Part shown: piece by piece, positions 40,656-49,918 of the stretch | Numbering within the stretch: position 1 is the stretch's first letter | Layout: each line of letters opens with the position of its first letter | DNA from: an uncultured Verrucomicrobiae bacterium | GTDB lineage: Bacteria > Verrucomicrobiota > Verrucomicrobiia > Limisphaerales > UBA11358 | DNA length: 64,000 bases | Assembly (NCBI GenBank): GCA_963744965.1 | Contig: CAVUVT010000002.1 | Location: 79,440 to 143,439, forward strand | Reading direction: 5' to 3' | The notes under the pieces: generated by a model | What the model was told of the DNA's origin: nothing | Database searches by the model: none | Seen by the model: the letters and a program-made list of their open reading frames with translations, nothing else | Position numbers and translations under genes: made by a program

Positions 40656-40880
40656 GTGGCAAAGAAAAATCTTCGATTTAACATTCGCATGTCCGACGAA
40701 CAGCGGGCGGAACTGGAATCCATGTGCCGTCGCCGCGGTCGGCCATTGAGTTTCCAGGTGGAACATTTGATTGCCCTGGCCAAGCTGGTGATTGAATTTT
40801 GCGACGGCAACGACGATCTGGAAATTGTGCGCGAACGTCTGGCTACTGCCAAAAAACGTTTGCCAAAGAAAGGCAGTTGA
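40656..40880 (+). CDS. Ribbon-helix-helix (Arc/CopG-like) DNA-binding protein
   Basis: RFNIRMSDEQRAEL...RPLS. Confidence 0.65.
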   Translation: MAKKNLRFNIRMSDEQRAELESMCRRRGRPLSFQVEHLIALAKLVIEFCDGNDDLEIVRERLATAKKRLPKKGS

Positions 40881-40926
40881 ATTCCCGACAACTGCGCTTC
40901 CCAAACAAATTGTTGGAATGGGTTGG

Positions 40927-41304
40927 TCATGCCATTGCACTTTCTCTGACGAAGGAAAGAATGCGCGAGACAAAATCAGATGCCACAAATGGTTTCTTAA
41001 TGAAGTCCACCACGCCAAGATCACGGCCACGCTGAACGTCGCCCTCACAAAATCGAGCAGAAACAAAGACGATGGGAGTCTGGGAAAAAGGATTTTCATT
41101 TAAAGAACTGCAAATTTCAAAGCCGCCCGGCATGTTCATATCCAGTGCGATCAAATCGAATTCCCTGGTCTGAGCCAGCTTCATTCCTCTTTCAGCATTC
41201 CACGCGGTTTGCACCTCGCAATCGGCCCATGTGAGCAAATAGGCCATCATCATCGCAACGCCCGGTTCATCTTCGATCACCAGAATTTTTAACTTATCTG
41301 CCAT
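40927..41304 (-). CDS. Stand-alone response-regulator receiver
   Basis: ILVIEDE, LDMNMP, FVSA, KPF. Confidence 0.85.
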   Translation of the reverse strand: MADKLKILVIEDEPGVAMMMAYLLTWADCEVQTAWNAERGMKLAQTREFDLIALDMNMPGGFEICSSLNENPFSQTPIVFVSARFCEGDVQRGRDLGVVDFIKKPFVASDFVSRILSFVRESAMA

Positions 41305-41452
41305 AAACCGCTCCCGCATAATCACCAGTTTATCTAACTGGATTTTCAAGATTTTCGTCTATTTCTAAACCTGTTGTTGAAAAACTGCAAGAACAAAATA
41401 AAGGGCTATTCACTGTGTCGTTTGCGCCTGCTTCCTGCTTGCCTGAAAGGGC

Positions 41453-41674
41453 GTGGCTAAAACGTTGCGACATCCGAAAATCATCGGCGAAGCCATTCGC
41501 CGGTTCAGAAAGCGCGCCAAAATGAGTCAGGAAAGACTGGCGGAAAAAGCTGACTTGCATCCGGTTTACATTGGCGAATTGGAACGAGGCGAGGAAGCGG
41601 CCAGTGTTCATGCCCTCATGCGAATCGCCAAGGCCCTTGGCATTCGGGTGCGCGATCTGGTTGACGAACTGTGA
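41453..41674 (+). CDS. XRE/C-protein-like HTH regulator
   Basis: SQERLAEKADLHPVYIGELERG. Confidence 0.88.
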   Translation: MAKTLRHPKIIGEAIRRFRKRAKMSQERLAEKADLHPVYIGELERGEEAASVHALMRIAKALGIRVRDLVDEL

Positions 41675-41862
41675 GTGCCGCGAGCCGCGATCCGCTGTAA
41701 AAGGAAAGTGTGCAGCGATCTTGGCGCATTCCCGTGTCGCCGTTACCTTCTGATTCATTCTGCTATGTTTCTAAATGTTTTATCACAAAATGCAAGAATA
41801 AAAATGATAGCTAATAGAATCTGTGCGCTTTGCCTGCTCCCTGCTTGGCTTTCTGGCCAAGA

Positions 41863-42081
41863 ATGGTCACCAAAAAAGATCGCAAACTATTGGGTGAAGG
41901 TATTCGTAAATACCGCAAGCAAGCTGGTTTGACCCAGGAAAAACTGGCCGAGCGGATAGACATCAATCCCGTTTATATGGGACAAATTGAGCGTGGCTAC
42001 CGGGTGCCGACTGTGGATGTTCTCCTGCGAATCGCGCGGGCGTTAAAAGTTCACTTGCGCGATATTGTCAGCGAACTGTGA
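41863..42081 (+). CDS. XRE/C-protein-like HTH regulator (paralogue)
   Basis: TQEKLAERIDINPVYMGQIERG. Confidence 0.88.
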   Translation: MVTKKDRKLLGEGIRKYRKQAGLTQEKLAERIDINPVYMGQIERGYRVPTVDVLLRIARALKVHLRDIVSEL

Positions 42082-42146
42082 CCAGTAGCGGCAAAAATCA
42101 ACGCCGCAAATGTAAGCATCAAAGCTGGTTTTCATCCGCGGACGCA

Positions 42147-42374
42147 TCATAAAAGCGTTTTGCCCTTGCTGGGATGAATTCTGACTTCCTCACGGATGGC
42201 GGCGCGGACTTTCGCTTCGATGCGTTCAACGAAGCTCATGCCGACCCGGCTGAATTTATTGGCTGGCCGGATCGCGGCGGCAATTTCCAGCGCGGTTTGT
42301 TTCACCTTGCTCCGGCAAAGATGCGGAGTGGTGTTGATACTTTTGAGCGTGTCCGTCATTTCAGTTGTTTCCAT
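42147..42374 (-). CDS. Candidate histone-fold protein (75 aa)
   Basis: LCRSKVKQ..RVGMSFVERIEAKVRAAIREEV..GKTL fits the alpha1-L1-alpha2-L2 pattern of prokaryotic histones. Confidence 0.55.
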   Translation of the reverse strand: METTEMTDTLKSINTTPHLCRSKVKQTALEIAAAIRPANKFSRVGMSFVERIEAKVRAAIREEVRIHPSKGKTLL

Positions 42375-42719
42375 AATTTGCTTTTTTGGTTGCGTCGCTG
42401 ATTCATTCAACGACACCGCTATTTTATCAGGCGCACTTTTGCTGAATTGAAAATTTGGCGACTGAAGCCTTACAAACATTGAACGAAACCACTGTCGCCG
42501 CCGACACTTGACACAAAAGCGCGCTGATTTCACGCGGGGCGACTTGGCCGGTTTTCAACTTCGACGCCATTTTCATTCAATGTTTGCAGGGCAAAAAATA
42601 GTTTGAGATTTTTTTCCATCGGTGCGGACGGCAGACGCGCCGGGTGAGATCAGACCGGCGAAAAAGCGATAGCCGTGATGAACCGGCACTTTTTATCATT
42701 GTCCAAGTGAAACGACTTT

Positions 42720-43355
42720 TCACCGGCGCGTAATGAGCCGCTTTGCGAACATTCCAATTTTTCGCGCCATGCGGGTGAATGGGCTGAATTGCCCATTGCG
42801 CCGCCGGGCCTCAAGCGGATTTTGGAATTGCGGATTGTTATTAAAAGCATCGAGAGAATTTGTTTTCTTCGCTTCCTCTGGAAAAAGCGAGTCCATCGGA
42901 ATCTGCAAGGCTTTGGCAACGAGAACCAAATCGTAATCTTTTACACGAGTGCGCCGCGTTTCAAGATTGGCAATGATTTCGCGCGTCATGGGCGCGCCCA
43001 TCGTTCGGATGACCCCGGCCAGTTTGCTTTGACTCCATTTTTGGTTGCGTCGGAACGTCTGAATCTGCTGGCCGGTCAAATTTCTAATTTTCGCCCCTGA
43101 CAGCGCGAGGCTGGATTCCGACTTCCCGCCGATGGGCGGAAGCAGGTCAGTGATGTCAGCCTTGAGAATATGGGCGATGACGGGAATGAAACGCGCGGGC
43201 ACGTCCGCAATACCGACTTCGTATCTCGCCAACTGACAGCGTGAGACGGGAAATCCCTTTTGCTGACAGGCGGCGGCAAGAGACTTTTGTGTCCAGTGGC
43301 GTGACTGGCGCAGCGCGCGAAGGCGAAATCCGACTTTGGAAAGAGTTCGTTTCAT
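42720..43355 (-). CDS. Tandem double-XRE HTH regulator
   Basis: Two HTH units: WTQKSLAA..LARYE and WSQSKLAG..IIANLE. Confidence 0.8.
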   Translation of the reverse strand: MKRTLSKVGFRLRALRQSRHWTQKSLAAACQQKGFPVSRCQLARYEVGIADVPARFIPVIAHILKADITDLLPPIGGKSESSLALSGAKIRNLTGQQIQTFRRNQKWSQSKLAGVIRTMGAPMTREIIANLETRRTRVKDYDLVLVAKALQIPMDSLFPEEAKKTNSLDAFNNNPQFQNPLEARRRNGQFSPFTRMARKIGMFAKRLITRR

Positions 43356-43365
43356 AGTCAGAGGG

Positions 43366-44826
43366 TCAGAATAATTTGCGCCACAAGGAGAACCATTTGG
43401 CGACTTGCCCATTGGCTTCCAACGGCGGGAGCGTTATCCGTCGAAATCCCTTTTCACAATGCACCAGCACACATTCATGGTCGCGGAGCGTGCGAAGCTG
43501 ATACGGCTTGATTTTGTGTTCTTCGGCCTCGGAATAATTGACGTTGCGCCTTCCGGCACTTGATCCCCACGACCGTTTGATGACGCGCTTTTTGCCGAGA
43601 AAATCCGCAGCTTGGACTGCATCAGCTTCATCGGCGGAACGAAAAATCATCCGGTTGCGGAGATTCAGCGTCAGCACTTTTGATTTGTCCGCACCAAGTG
43701 GGGGCACAAGCGACGTGGTGGACTGCGCGGCGGCAACGATGGTGGCGCCCGCCTCGCGGATCACGTCCACGCAGTTGTAATCGCTGGTGCCGTCCTCGCT
43801 CGCCGTCATAAACCGCTGCGCTTCATCCGCCCACAGGATGAGCAAATTGTTTTTTCCGCGCTGGCTCTTGGCCTGGTCGAACCGGCGCAAGGCGTGATTG
43901 TAAAAGAGCAATTTCAAAAATGTGTTCACATAACGCCGCTCGGTCTGAAATTTTTGCGGCATGGTCACGAGGATGATTTTGCCCTTATCAATTTCCGAAA
44001 AATCGAATGTGCTTTCTTCGACGCAGAAAATTTCCGCCACTTCGGGCGTCAGGAAGTATTGCAGATAATTCCCAATGGTTTCGCGGACGCCGCCAAGCTG
44101 CTCTGCCGGCTGGTCGAGGAAACGATGCTTGAAATGAAAATTCAGGGCATAGCGGCGTGGTGTCTGCAAAGGGAGCTTGTTCAAAAATTCCAATTCCTCG
44201 TCCAGCTTCGGCTTGCTGGAAAGCACATCCAATGCCCCGGATAGCGTTACTGGCCGTGACAATTCGGCGAGTAATTCCAACGCATATGCGATGTGCGTCT
44301 GCGCCTGATTTTTGAAAAAACCTTTGTCCCCGCCCTGGCCGAGACTGGTAGCCGTGTCCACCACGAATTTTGCATACGTCGTGAACGGGATGCTGCGGTC
44401 GCCGGTGAGATTGAACCGATGCAACGATTGTCCGGCTTGGCCGTCGGAATGAATTTTCAAATGAATCAAATCGGTTTCGCGTTCGTAGTGTCGCGCCATT
44501 GCCGAAAGCGTTTCCCAATAGACACCTTTTTCGTCAATGCACAGGCCGCCCCATTTGTCCTCGTTTTGAAACACCTGATGCGCCAGTTGATTGATGCCGG
44601 AAGTGGTTTTGCCGGAGCCGGTGTCGCCGGTGATGAGCCAGCCGCGACAAAATTGATTGCGTTTCCAAGTCAGGCCGCCAAGTCGGGCGACATGGCGATT
44701 GCATAGCAGCAAAAGCCGCCCAGTAATGATTACCAGCAAAAGGGCATATCCAAGCGCGAAGCCGCGCAGCGATTTAGACAACGCTGGAAGATGAAATGTG
44801 GAAAATGGGATAAAATCGAGTTTCAT
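43366..44826 (-). CDS. Type IV coupling protein (VirD4/TraD-like)
   Basis: N-terminal TM, GDTGSGKT, WADEAQRF, AAQS. Confidence 0.85.
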   Translation of the reverse strand: MKLDFIPFSTFHLPALSKSLRGFALGYALLLVIITGRLLLLCNRHVARLGGLTWKRNQFCRGWLITGDTGSGKTTSGINQLAHQVFQNEDKWGGLCIDEKGVYWETLSAMARHYERETDLIHLKIHSDGQAGQSLHRFNLTGDRSIPFTTYAKFVVDTATSLGQGGDKGFFKNQAQTHIAYALELLAELSRPVTLSGALDVLSSKPKLDEELEFLNKLPLQTPRRYALNFHFKHRFLDQPAEQLGGVRETIGNYLQYFLTPEVAEIFCVEESTFDFSEIDKGKIILVTMPQKFQTERRYVNTFLKLLFYNHALRRFDQAKSQRGKNNLLILWADEAQRFMTASEDGTSDYNCVDVIREAGATIVAAAQSTTSLVPPLGADKSKVLTLNLRNRMIFRSADEADAVQAADFLGKKRVIKRSWGSSAGRRNVNYSEAEEHKIKPYQLRTLRDHECVLVHCEKGFRRITLPPLEANGQVAKWFSLWRKLF

Positions 44827-45158
44827 AAAAACTTTCCGATGAGAAAACCGGCGATGGCGGCGGCGAAGACGGCACAAATGGCGGTTGGCAACTCCACCGC
44901 CCGAATTTCTTTCAATGCCCGTTCCTTCAAAATCTTTGTGGCTTCGGTCAAAGCCGCGATGTCTTTTTCAAATTCATCGAGCGATGGCATTTGCCGGTGA
45001 CGTATTTCATCCCAATGGTTTTGGTGAATCCGAAACAAATCCAGCAATAATAAAATCGGGTCATCATCCTTGATTTTGAACTGCTCCTTCCATTTGGCGA
45101 TGGCCTGCAAAAAATCCTCGTCAAAGTCGGGCGGTGTTGGTTGGTCGGGTGCGCTCAT
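44823..45158 (-). CDS. IncP TraM-like protein
   Basis: DDDPILLL motif, C-terminal TM; follows the TraL-like gene. Confidence 0.5.
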   Translation of the reverse strand: MSAPDQPTPPDFDEDFLQAIAKWKEQFKIKDDDPILLLLDLFRIHQNHWDEIRHRQMPSLDEFEKDIAALTEATKILKERALKEIRAVELPTAICAVFAAAIAGFLIGKFL

Positions 45159-45856
45159 GATTTTGCCGGCAACAATAATTCGGCGACGGATTCAATTTCA
45201 GCGTAAAATTTGCGCTGCCACGTTTGCAGCCGCTGGCGGTCCAGTAAATGCAGATGGCCGTCGGCCACGGCGGGCGTGATGGTGAGATTGTTGTGGCTCA
45301 ATTCCTCCACCAGCCAGGGCTGCAATTTGCTCATGGTGATTTCCTTCGCGCCGAGTTCCCTTAACAGCCGCTTGCGGATGACGGAATGGTCAAAAACGGC
45401 AAAATCATTGCTGTGAACCGTGTTTCGCAGCACAACGTAGGCGCAGACGTTTTTGAGTTTGTCGGTAATGCGATTAAGCTGGTCAATGCTGTCGGACTCC
45501 TGATTGACGGGCATGACGAGCGTGAGTGCGGCGGACAGGTCTTTTAGCGTTGGCTGCAAGGCAATCTCGTCGAAATAATTGAAAAACACTTCGGTGGACG
45601 CGGCGCGGCAGTCCACCACGACGAGATCGGTTTTTTCCAGTGCGCGAATCATGGCGTCCAGGCCGCGCGGATGGGACAAATCCAAAAACTGCACATCGTC
45701 GCCGTGAAAGCGTTTCAACGTGGAATTTTCGTTGTCGCAGTCGCAGGCGACAAATTTGATGTTCTTGTCTTTGAGGTATTGGACGAAATTGACGGCAAAG
45801 AAACTTTTGCCGACACCGCCCTTGCCGTTAAAAATCAAATCGAGGCGTTTGTTCAT
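45155..45856 (-). CDS. TraL/ParA-MinD-like ATPase
   Basis: GKGGVGKS deviant Walker A; DCDNEN. Confidence 0.8.
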   Translation of the reverse strand: MNKRLDLIFNGKGGVGKSFFAVNFVQYLKDKNIKFVACDCDNENSTLKRFHGDDVQFLDLSHPRGLDAMIRALEKTDLVVVDCRAASTEVFFNYFDEIALQPTLKDLSAALTLVMPVNQESDSIDQLNRITDKLKNVCAYVVLRNTVHSNDFAVFDHSVIRKRLLRELGAKEITMSKLQPWLVEELSHNNLTITPAVADGHLHLLDRQRLQTWQRKFYAEIESVAELLLPAKS

Positions 45857-46308
45857 ATTGTTTCTCCGGGTGGAAGCATTTCAACTTTGGCGATGCGCGG
45901 CCCGCGCGACGCGAACGCCGAAGTTTCGGCTGGCATGGTTGTTGGTTTGCTGGTTGTGGCCGGCGCGGGCGGCAACTTGGTTTTGGCCGAAGCATCCGGC
46001 GTGGTTTTTGGCGAAGCAGGATGGTTGGCATGACGCGAAGCACGCCCCTTGGCGGATGACTTGTGAGCGAGCTTTTCTTTCAGAACGCGATGACAAAAGT
46101 TGGTGACGCAGGTGTCCGAGGCGGGGATGCCGCTTTGGGTGAGCAGTTCACCGATGGCGCGATAGGAAATGCCGCGTTTGCGAAGCGCGGCGATGTCATC
46201 TTTGAGTGTCAATAGACGCGAAGCACGCGACTTGGCAGTGTGCGTGTATTGTGACGCGGCAGCGCGGAAGCGATCCAACGCTTCTGGTGGGATGGCATTT
46301 CGGTTCAT
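45853..46308 (-). CDS. TraK/StbA-like relaxosome accessory DNA-binding protein
   Basis: LKDDIAALRKRGISYRAIGELL helix-turn-helix plus low-complexity tail. Confidence 0.55.
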   Translation of the reverse strand: MNRNAIPPEALDRFRAAASQYTHTAKSRASRLLTLKDDIAALRKRGISYRAIGELLTQSGIPASDTCVTNFCHRVLKEKLAHKSSAKGRASRHANHPASPKTTPDASAKTKLPPAPATTSKPTTMPAETSAFASRGPRIAKVEMLPPGETI

Positions 46309-46314
46309 GGGCAA

Positions 46315-46500
46315 CGAAGCATGAGCGAGGCGACAGGGTTGGCGGCAAGCGAAGCAGTTGGCGAGGCACTTGACGAAGCAACCGGGCGGTTATGATGCGA
46401 AGCACGAATGTGCGCGCATTTGGTGGCGGCTGACACCGCATTGGCGTGGCAGTGCGCGAAGCGCAGATTCCTTCCTCTTGGAAGGGGTAGGGCGTGCCTT
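46315..46500. other. Candidate oriT region
   Basis: Non-coding; seven CGA(A/G)GC repeats, two hairpins, TAGGGCGTGCC; upstream of traKLM-like genes. Confidence 0.45.
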
Positions 46501-46516
46501 GTTAAAAAATTCATTT

Positions 46517-47023
46517 TCATACTGATTGCGTCACTACTTGCTGCTTCCGCTGTTGGAGCAATTCATCCCGCCAGTTTTGCAACTGCATGGCGACTTTTTC
46601 GATGTGGCTCGTTTGTTCGATGGTTCGGGCTTCAATCTGCTCGGCATATTGGTCGCCCAATTCGGTGTTTGGCAGTTGTCTCACGGAGTGCGCTGCCTGG
46701 TCATTGAGTCGTTGGTCGAGCACCTTCAAAACTTCGATGGCGGTGCGTAATTCGGCGGTGGTTGGTTGCATGGTTATACGGGGTTGTTCCGGGGGCCGTG
46801 TTGCCGACTCCCGGATTGATTTGGTTTGTTCGGCGGTGAGGGGATGCGCCCAGGCGTCAGTCAGGCCAAGCCGGGTGGCGGCTTCCTCGGCGGCGATTTT
46901 TGTTGGTGCTGCAATAACCGCGCGCAACGGGTCGCCCATGACGCGGGCATATTCCCGGTCGGTGAAGTAAATTCCCCAGAGTTCTTCGCCAGACTTTGGC
47001 GTCGGCATTTCGATTACTTTCAT
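46517..47023 (-). CDS. Hypothetical protein
   Basis: ORF divergent from the relaxase. Confidence 0.65.
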   Translation of the reverse strand: MKVIEMPTPKSGEELWGIYFTDREYARVMGDPLRAVIAAPTKIAAEEAATRLGLTDAWAHPLTAEQTKSIRESATRPPEQPRITMQPTTAELRTAIEVLKVLDQRLNDQAAHSVRQLPNTELGDQYAEQIEARTIEQTSHIEKVAMQLQNWRDELLQQRKQQVVTQSV

Positions 47024-47052
47024 GCCTGCCAGTGAACCAGTTTCCGCCGGTT

Positions 47053-47077
47053 GCTTTGTTCCATTTTGGAACAAAAT
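47053..47077. promoter_or_regulatory. Palindromic operator, copy 2
   Basis: Identical to 16261-16285. Confidence 0.8.
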
Positions 47078-47107
47078 AAAACCGGCCTTTTGGCAGACTC
47101 ATTCCCG

Positions 47108-49918
47108 ATGGTCACGGCCAAGACGCAATACAATTTGAAGAACGCAAAGGAATACTTTGAGGAGCATCTTTGCGTGGGCGATTATTACGATGAAGGGCAG
47201 CGGGTGACGGGCCTGTGGTTCGGCGTGGGCGCGGAACGCCTGGGTTTGACCAGCAAGGTTGGCGCAGAAGCGTTTCTTGCCCTATGTGAGAACCGGCATC
47301 CGGCATCCGGCGAGACATTGACGCAACGGCTGAATACCACCCGGAAGGATGATGCCGGTGACAACACTGCCAATCGCCGGATTTTTTATGACTTCACGTT
47401 CTCGCCGCCAAAGTCGGTTTCGGTCGCGGCATTGGTCGGCGCAGATAACCGGATTTTGGAAGCGCACGCACAAGCCGTCCGTTCGGCGATGAAGGAATTT
47501 GAAGCCTTTGCCACAACGCGCGTGCGGGTCGGCAAGGCGAATTGTGACCGCTCCACCGGCAATTTTGTCGCCGCCACGTTCACACACGACACGTCCCGCG
47601 CATTAGACCCGCATTTGCATACTCACTGCATTATCTTCAACGCCACGTTTGATGCCGCCGAAAATCGTTGGAAGGCGCTGCAAAATTATGAACTTCTGCG
47701 GGCGCGGAAATTTGCCGAGAACGTCTATTACCACGAACTCGCCCGCAAGCTGCGCGGGTTCGGTTATGGGATTCACAACCTGGCGCGTGGGGATTTTCAA
47801 ATCGAGGGCATTTCGGATGACATTTGTGAACGCTTTTCCAAGCGGCATACGCAGATTGACGAGGCCATTAAAAAGTTGCTGGCCGAAAAGCCGGAATGCG
47901 TGGGTGGCGATTTGATGGACATGCGCGAGTTGACTGCTACGGCGGAGCGGGCGCGGAAGCAAAAGGAATTGAGCCATGACGAGCAACGGGCGTTATGGGA
48001 TGTGCAGTTGAGTGAAAGCGAGCGCGCCGCCTTGCGCGAGCTTCCGAAGCGTTTGGAAAAAGCCACTGGCAACCGGATGAGCGTGGGTGAGTCGGTGCAA
48101 TGGGCAGAGGATCATCTGTTTGACCGCAACTCGGTCGCGCTGGAATGCCAATTATGGCAGCAGGCATTGGAGCGAGGACGCGGAGAAAACTTCTCCGTGG
48201 ATGAACTCAAAGAGTTCACGCGCCAGCGTCCTTACATTCGCAATTCAGAACGTCCTGCCGAAGTGACGTTGCGGGAAGTGCTGTTGCGGGAGATGGAAAT
48301 TGTCCAGACCGTCAAGGACGGCGCGGGGAATTGCCGGCCACTGGTGGAACATTCCTACACGGCAGATCCAAAACTGGATGACGAGCAACGTCTGGCTTTA
48401 GATTCGCTGCTGCGCTCCACCAATGCGGTTTCGCTGTTCCGTGGCGGCGCGGGCACGGGCAAAAGTTTTGTCCTTGGCGAGCTGGTCGAGCAAGTCCGGC
48501 GATCCGGCAAAAACGTGATTGTCCTCGCACCACAACGCCAGCAAGTAGTGGCAATGGAGCAAGCGAAATTTCCGTCGCCGACGACGGTGACAAGTTTTTT
48601 GCTCAAGCGTGAGTTGGTCGAGGGTGCGGTAATCATCGTTGATGAGGCCGGGCAGATTGGCGGTCGTCAAATGGCTGAACTGCTCCGGTTGGCGCGGGAG
48701 CGAAATGCGCGGGTAATTTTGTCAGGTGACACGCGCCAGCACGGAGCGGTTGAAGCATCGGATGCGTTGCTGGCCATTGAACTGTATTCCGGCGTCAAGC
48801 CGGTCGAGCTTCACACGATTCGCCGCCAAGACCCGGCGCTTGGCCGCAGTAAAAAAGAAAGTTCCAAGATCAGGCAGTATCGCAAGGCCGTTGAGGTGGC
48901 GGCGGCGGGAAAGCTCGCCGAATCATTTGAGCGACTGGACAAAATGGGTGCGGTGGTTTCCTGCGGTTTGGGTGAACAGGCGGACAAGCTGGCCGATGAA
49001 TATGTCCGGCTGGCGGAAGAAAAGGCTTCCGCCGTGGTGGTGTCGCAAACCTGGGCGGAAGTGCATCGCGTCAATTCCAAGGTGCGTGATGGGCTTAAAG
49101 GAAAGGGATTGCTCGGTGCAAATGATGTCACCGTTCAAGCATTGGACAAAATGGATTTAACCAACGCGCAAAAGCGCGATAAACGATTTTATCCGCAAGA
49201 TGCGGTGATTGTGTTCAATCAGAAGGTGCGGCAAACCGAGCCGGGGAAGCGCGGGAAGTTGGCGGGCATCGTGAAGGCCGGTGTGCTGGTCGAGATTGAC
49301 GGCAAGTGCGTTACCGTGTCAAACAAGGTGCTGGATAAAATCACCGTCTGCCTGCCGCGTGAAATTCCGGTCGCGCAAGGCGATAAATTGCATCTCAAGG
49401 CCAATCGCAAGCTGGCCTCCGGCGCGCGCGTCACCAACGGCGAATTGGTCGCCGTCAAATCAGTTCACGCCAACGGAAACATTGAATTAACCGACGGCCG
49501 GGTTCTGGACAAAAGTTTCCGTGAATTTCTTCCCGGCTACGCCGTTACGTCCTACGGTTCACAGGGCAAGACGGTGGATTATGTTCTCTTTTCCGATTCC
49601 ACCATCAAGGCCGCAACCAACGCTCAACAATGGTATGTCACCATTTCGCGCGGGCGGCGTGGCGTCCGCATTTTCACGCCTGATAAGGAGCAGTTGCGCG
49701 AGAATCTGGCACGTTCCGGCCACAGGCCGTTGGCATTGGAATTTGCCGGCGGCTTGCGCCCGCTTACCCGCAATCCACTTTGGGACCGGCTGCATGGTTA
49801 TCTCCTGCGATTCAGCCAGCGCGCCGCCGACACGTTTTGCCGATTGAAACAATCCCGTCGTCATTCTCAACCAGGACAAAAACATGAACACCAAAACGCC
49901 CGAATGTTACACCACTGA
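47108..49918 (+). CDS. MOB_F (TrwC/TraI-like) relaxase-helicase
   Basis: DYY, DFTFSPPKSVS, HDTSRALDPHLHTH, GGAGTGKS, IVDEAG, SQGKTVD. Confidence 0.93.
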   Translation: MVTAKTQYNLKNAKEYFEEHLCVGDYYDEGQRVTGLWFGVGAERLGLTSKVGAEAFLALCENRHPASGETLTQRLNTTRKDDAGDNTANRRIFYDFTFSPPKSVSVAALVGADNRILEAHAQAVRSAMKEFEAFATTRVRVGKANCDRSTGNFVAATFTHDTSRALDPHLHTHCIIFNATFDAAENRWKALQNYELLRARKFAENVYYHELARKLRGFGYGIHNLARGDFQIEGISDDICERFSKRHTQIDEAIKKLLAEKPECVGGDLMDMRELTATAERARKQKELSHDEQRALWDVQLSESERAALRELPKRLEKATGNRMSVGESVQWAEDHLFDRNSVALECQLWQQALERGRGENFSVDELKEFTRQRPYIRNSERPAEVTLREVLLREMEIVQTVKDGAGNCRPLVEHSYTADPKLDDEQRLALDSLLRSTNAVSLFRGGAGTGKSFVLGELVEQVRRSGKNVIVLAPQRQQVVAMEQAKFPSPTTVTSFLLKRELVEGAVIIVDEAGQIGGRQMAELLRLARERNARVILSGDTRQHGAVEASDALLAIELYSGVKPVELHTIRRQDPALGRSKKESSKIRQYRKAVEVAAAGKLAESFERLDKMGAVVSCGLGEQADKLADEYVRLAEEKASAVVVSQTWAEVHRVNSKVRDGLKGKGLLGANDVTVQALDKMDLTNAQKRDKRFYPQDAVIVFNQKVRQTEPGKRGKLAGIVKAGVLVEIDGKCVTVSNKVLDKITVCLPREIPVAQGDKLHLKANRKLASGARVTNGELVAVKSVHANGNIELTDGRVLDKSFREFLPGYAVTSYGSQGKTVDYVLFSDSTIKAATNAQQWYVTISRGRRGVRIFTPDKEQLRENLARSGHRPLALEFAGGLRPLTRNPLWDRLHGYLLRFSQRAADTFCRLKQSRRHSQPGQKHEHQNARMLHH

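Noticed and set aside
46236..46256. GTGCGTGTATTGTG resembling the R388 nic sequence
   Set aside because: Lies inside the TraK-like CDS with no adjacent inverted repeat; the match is short
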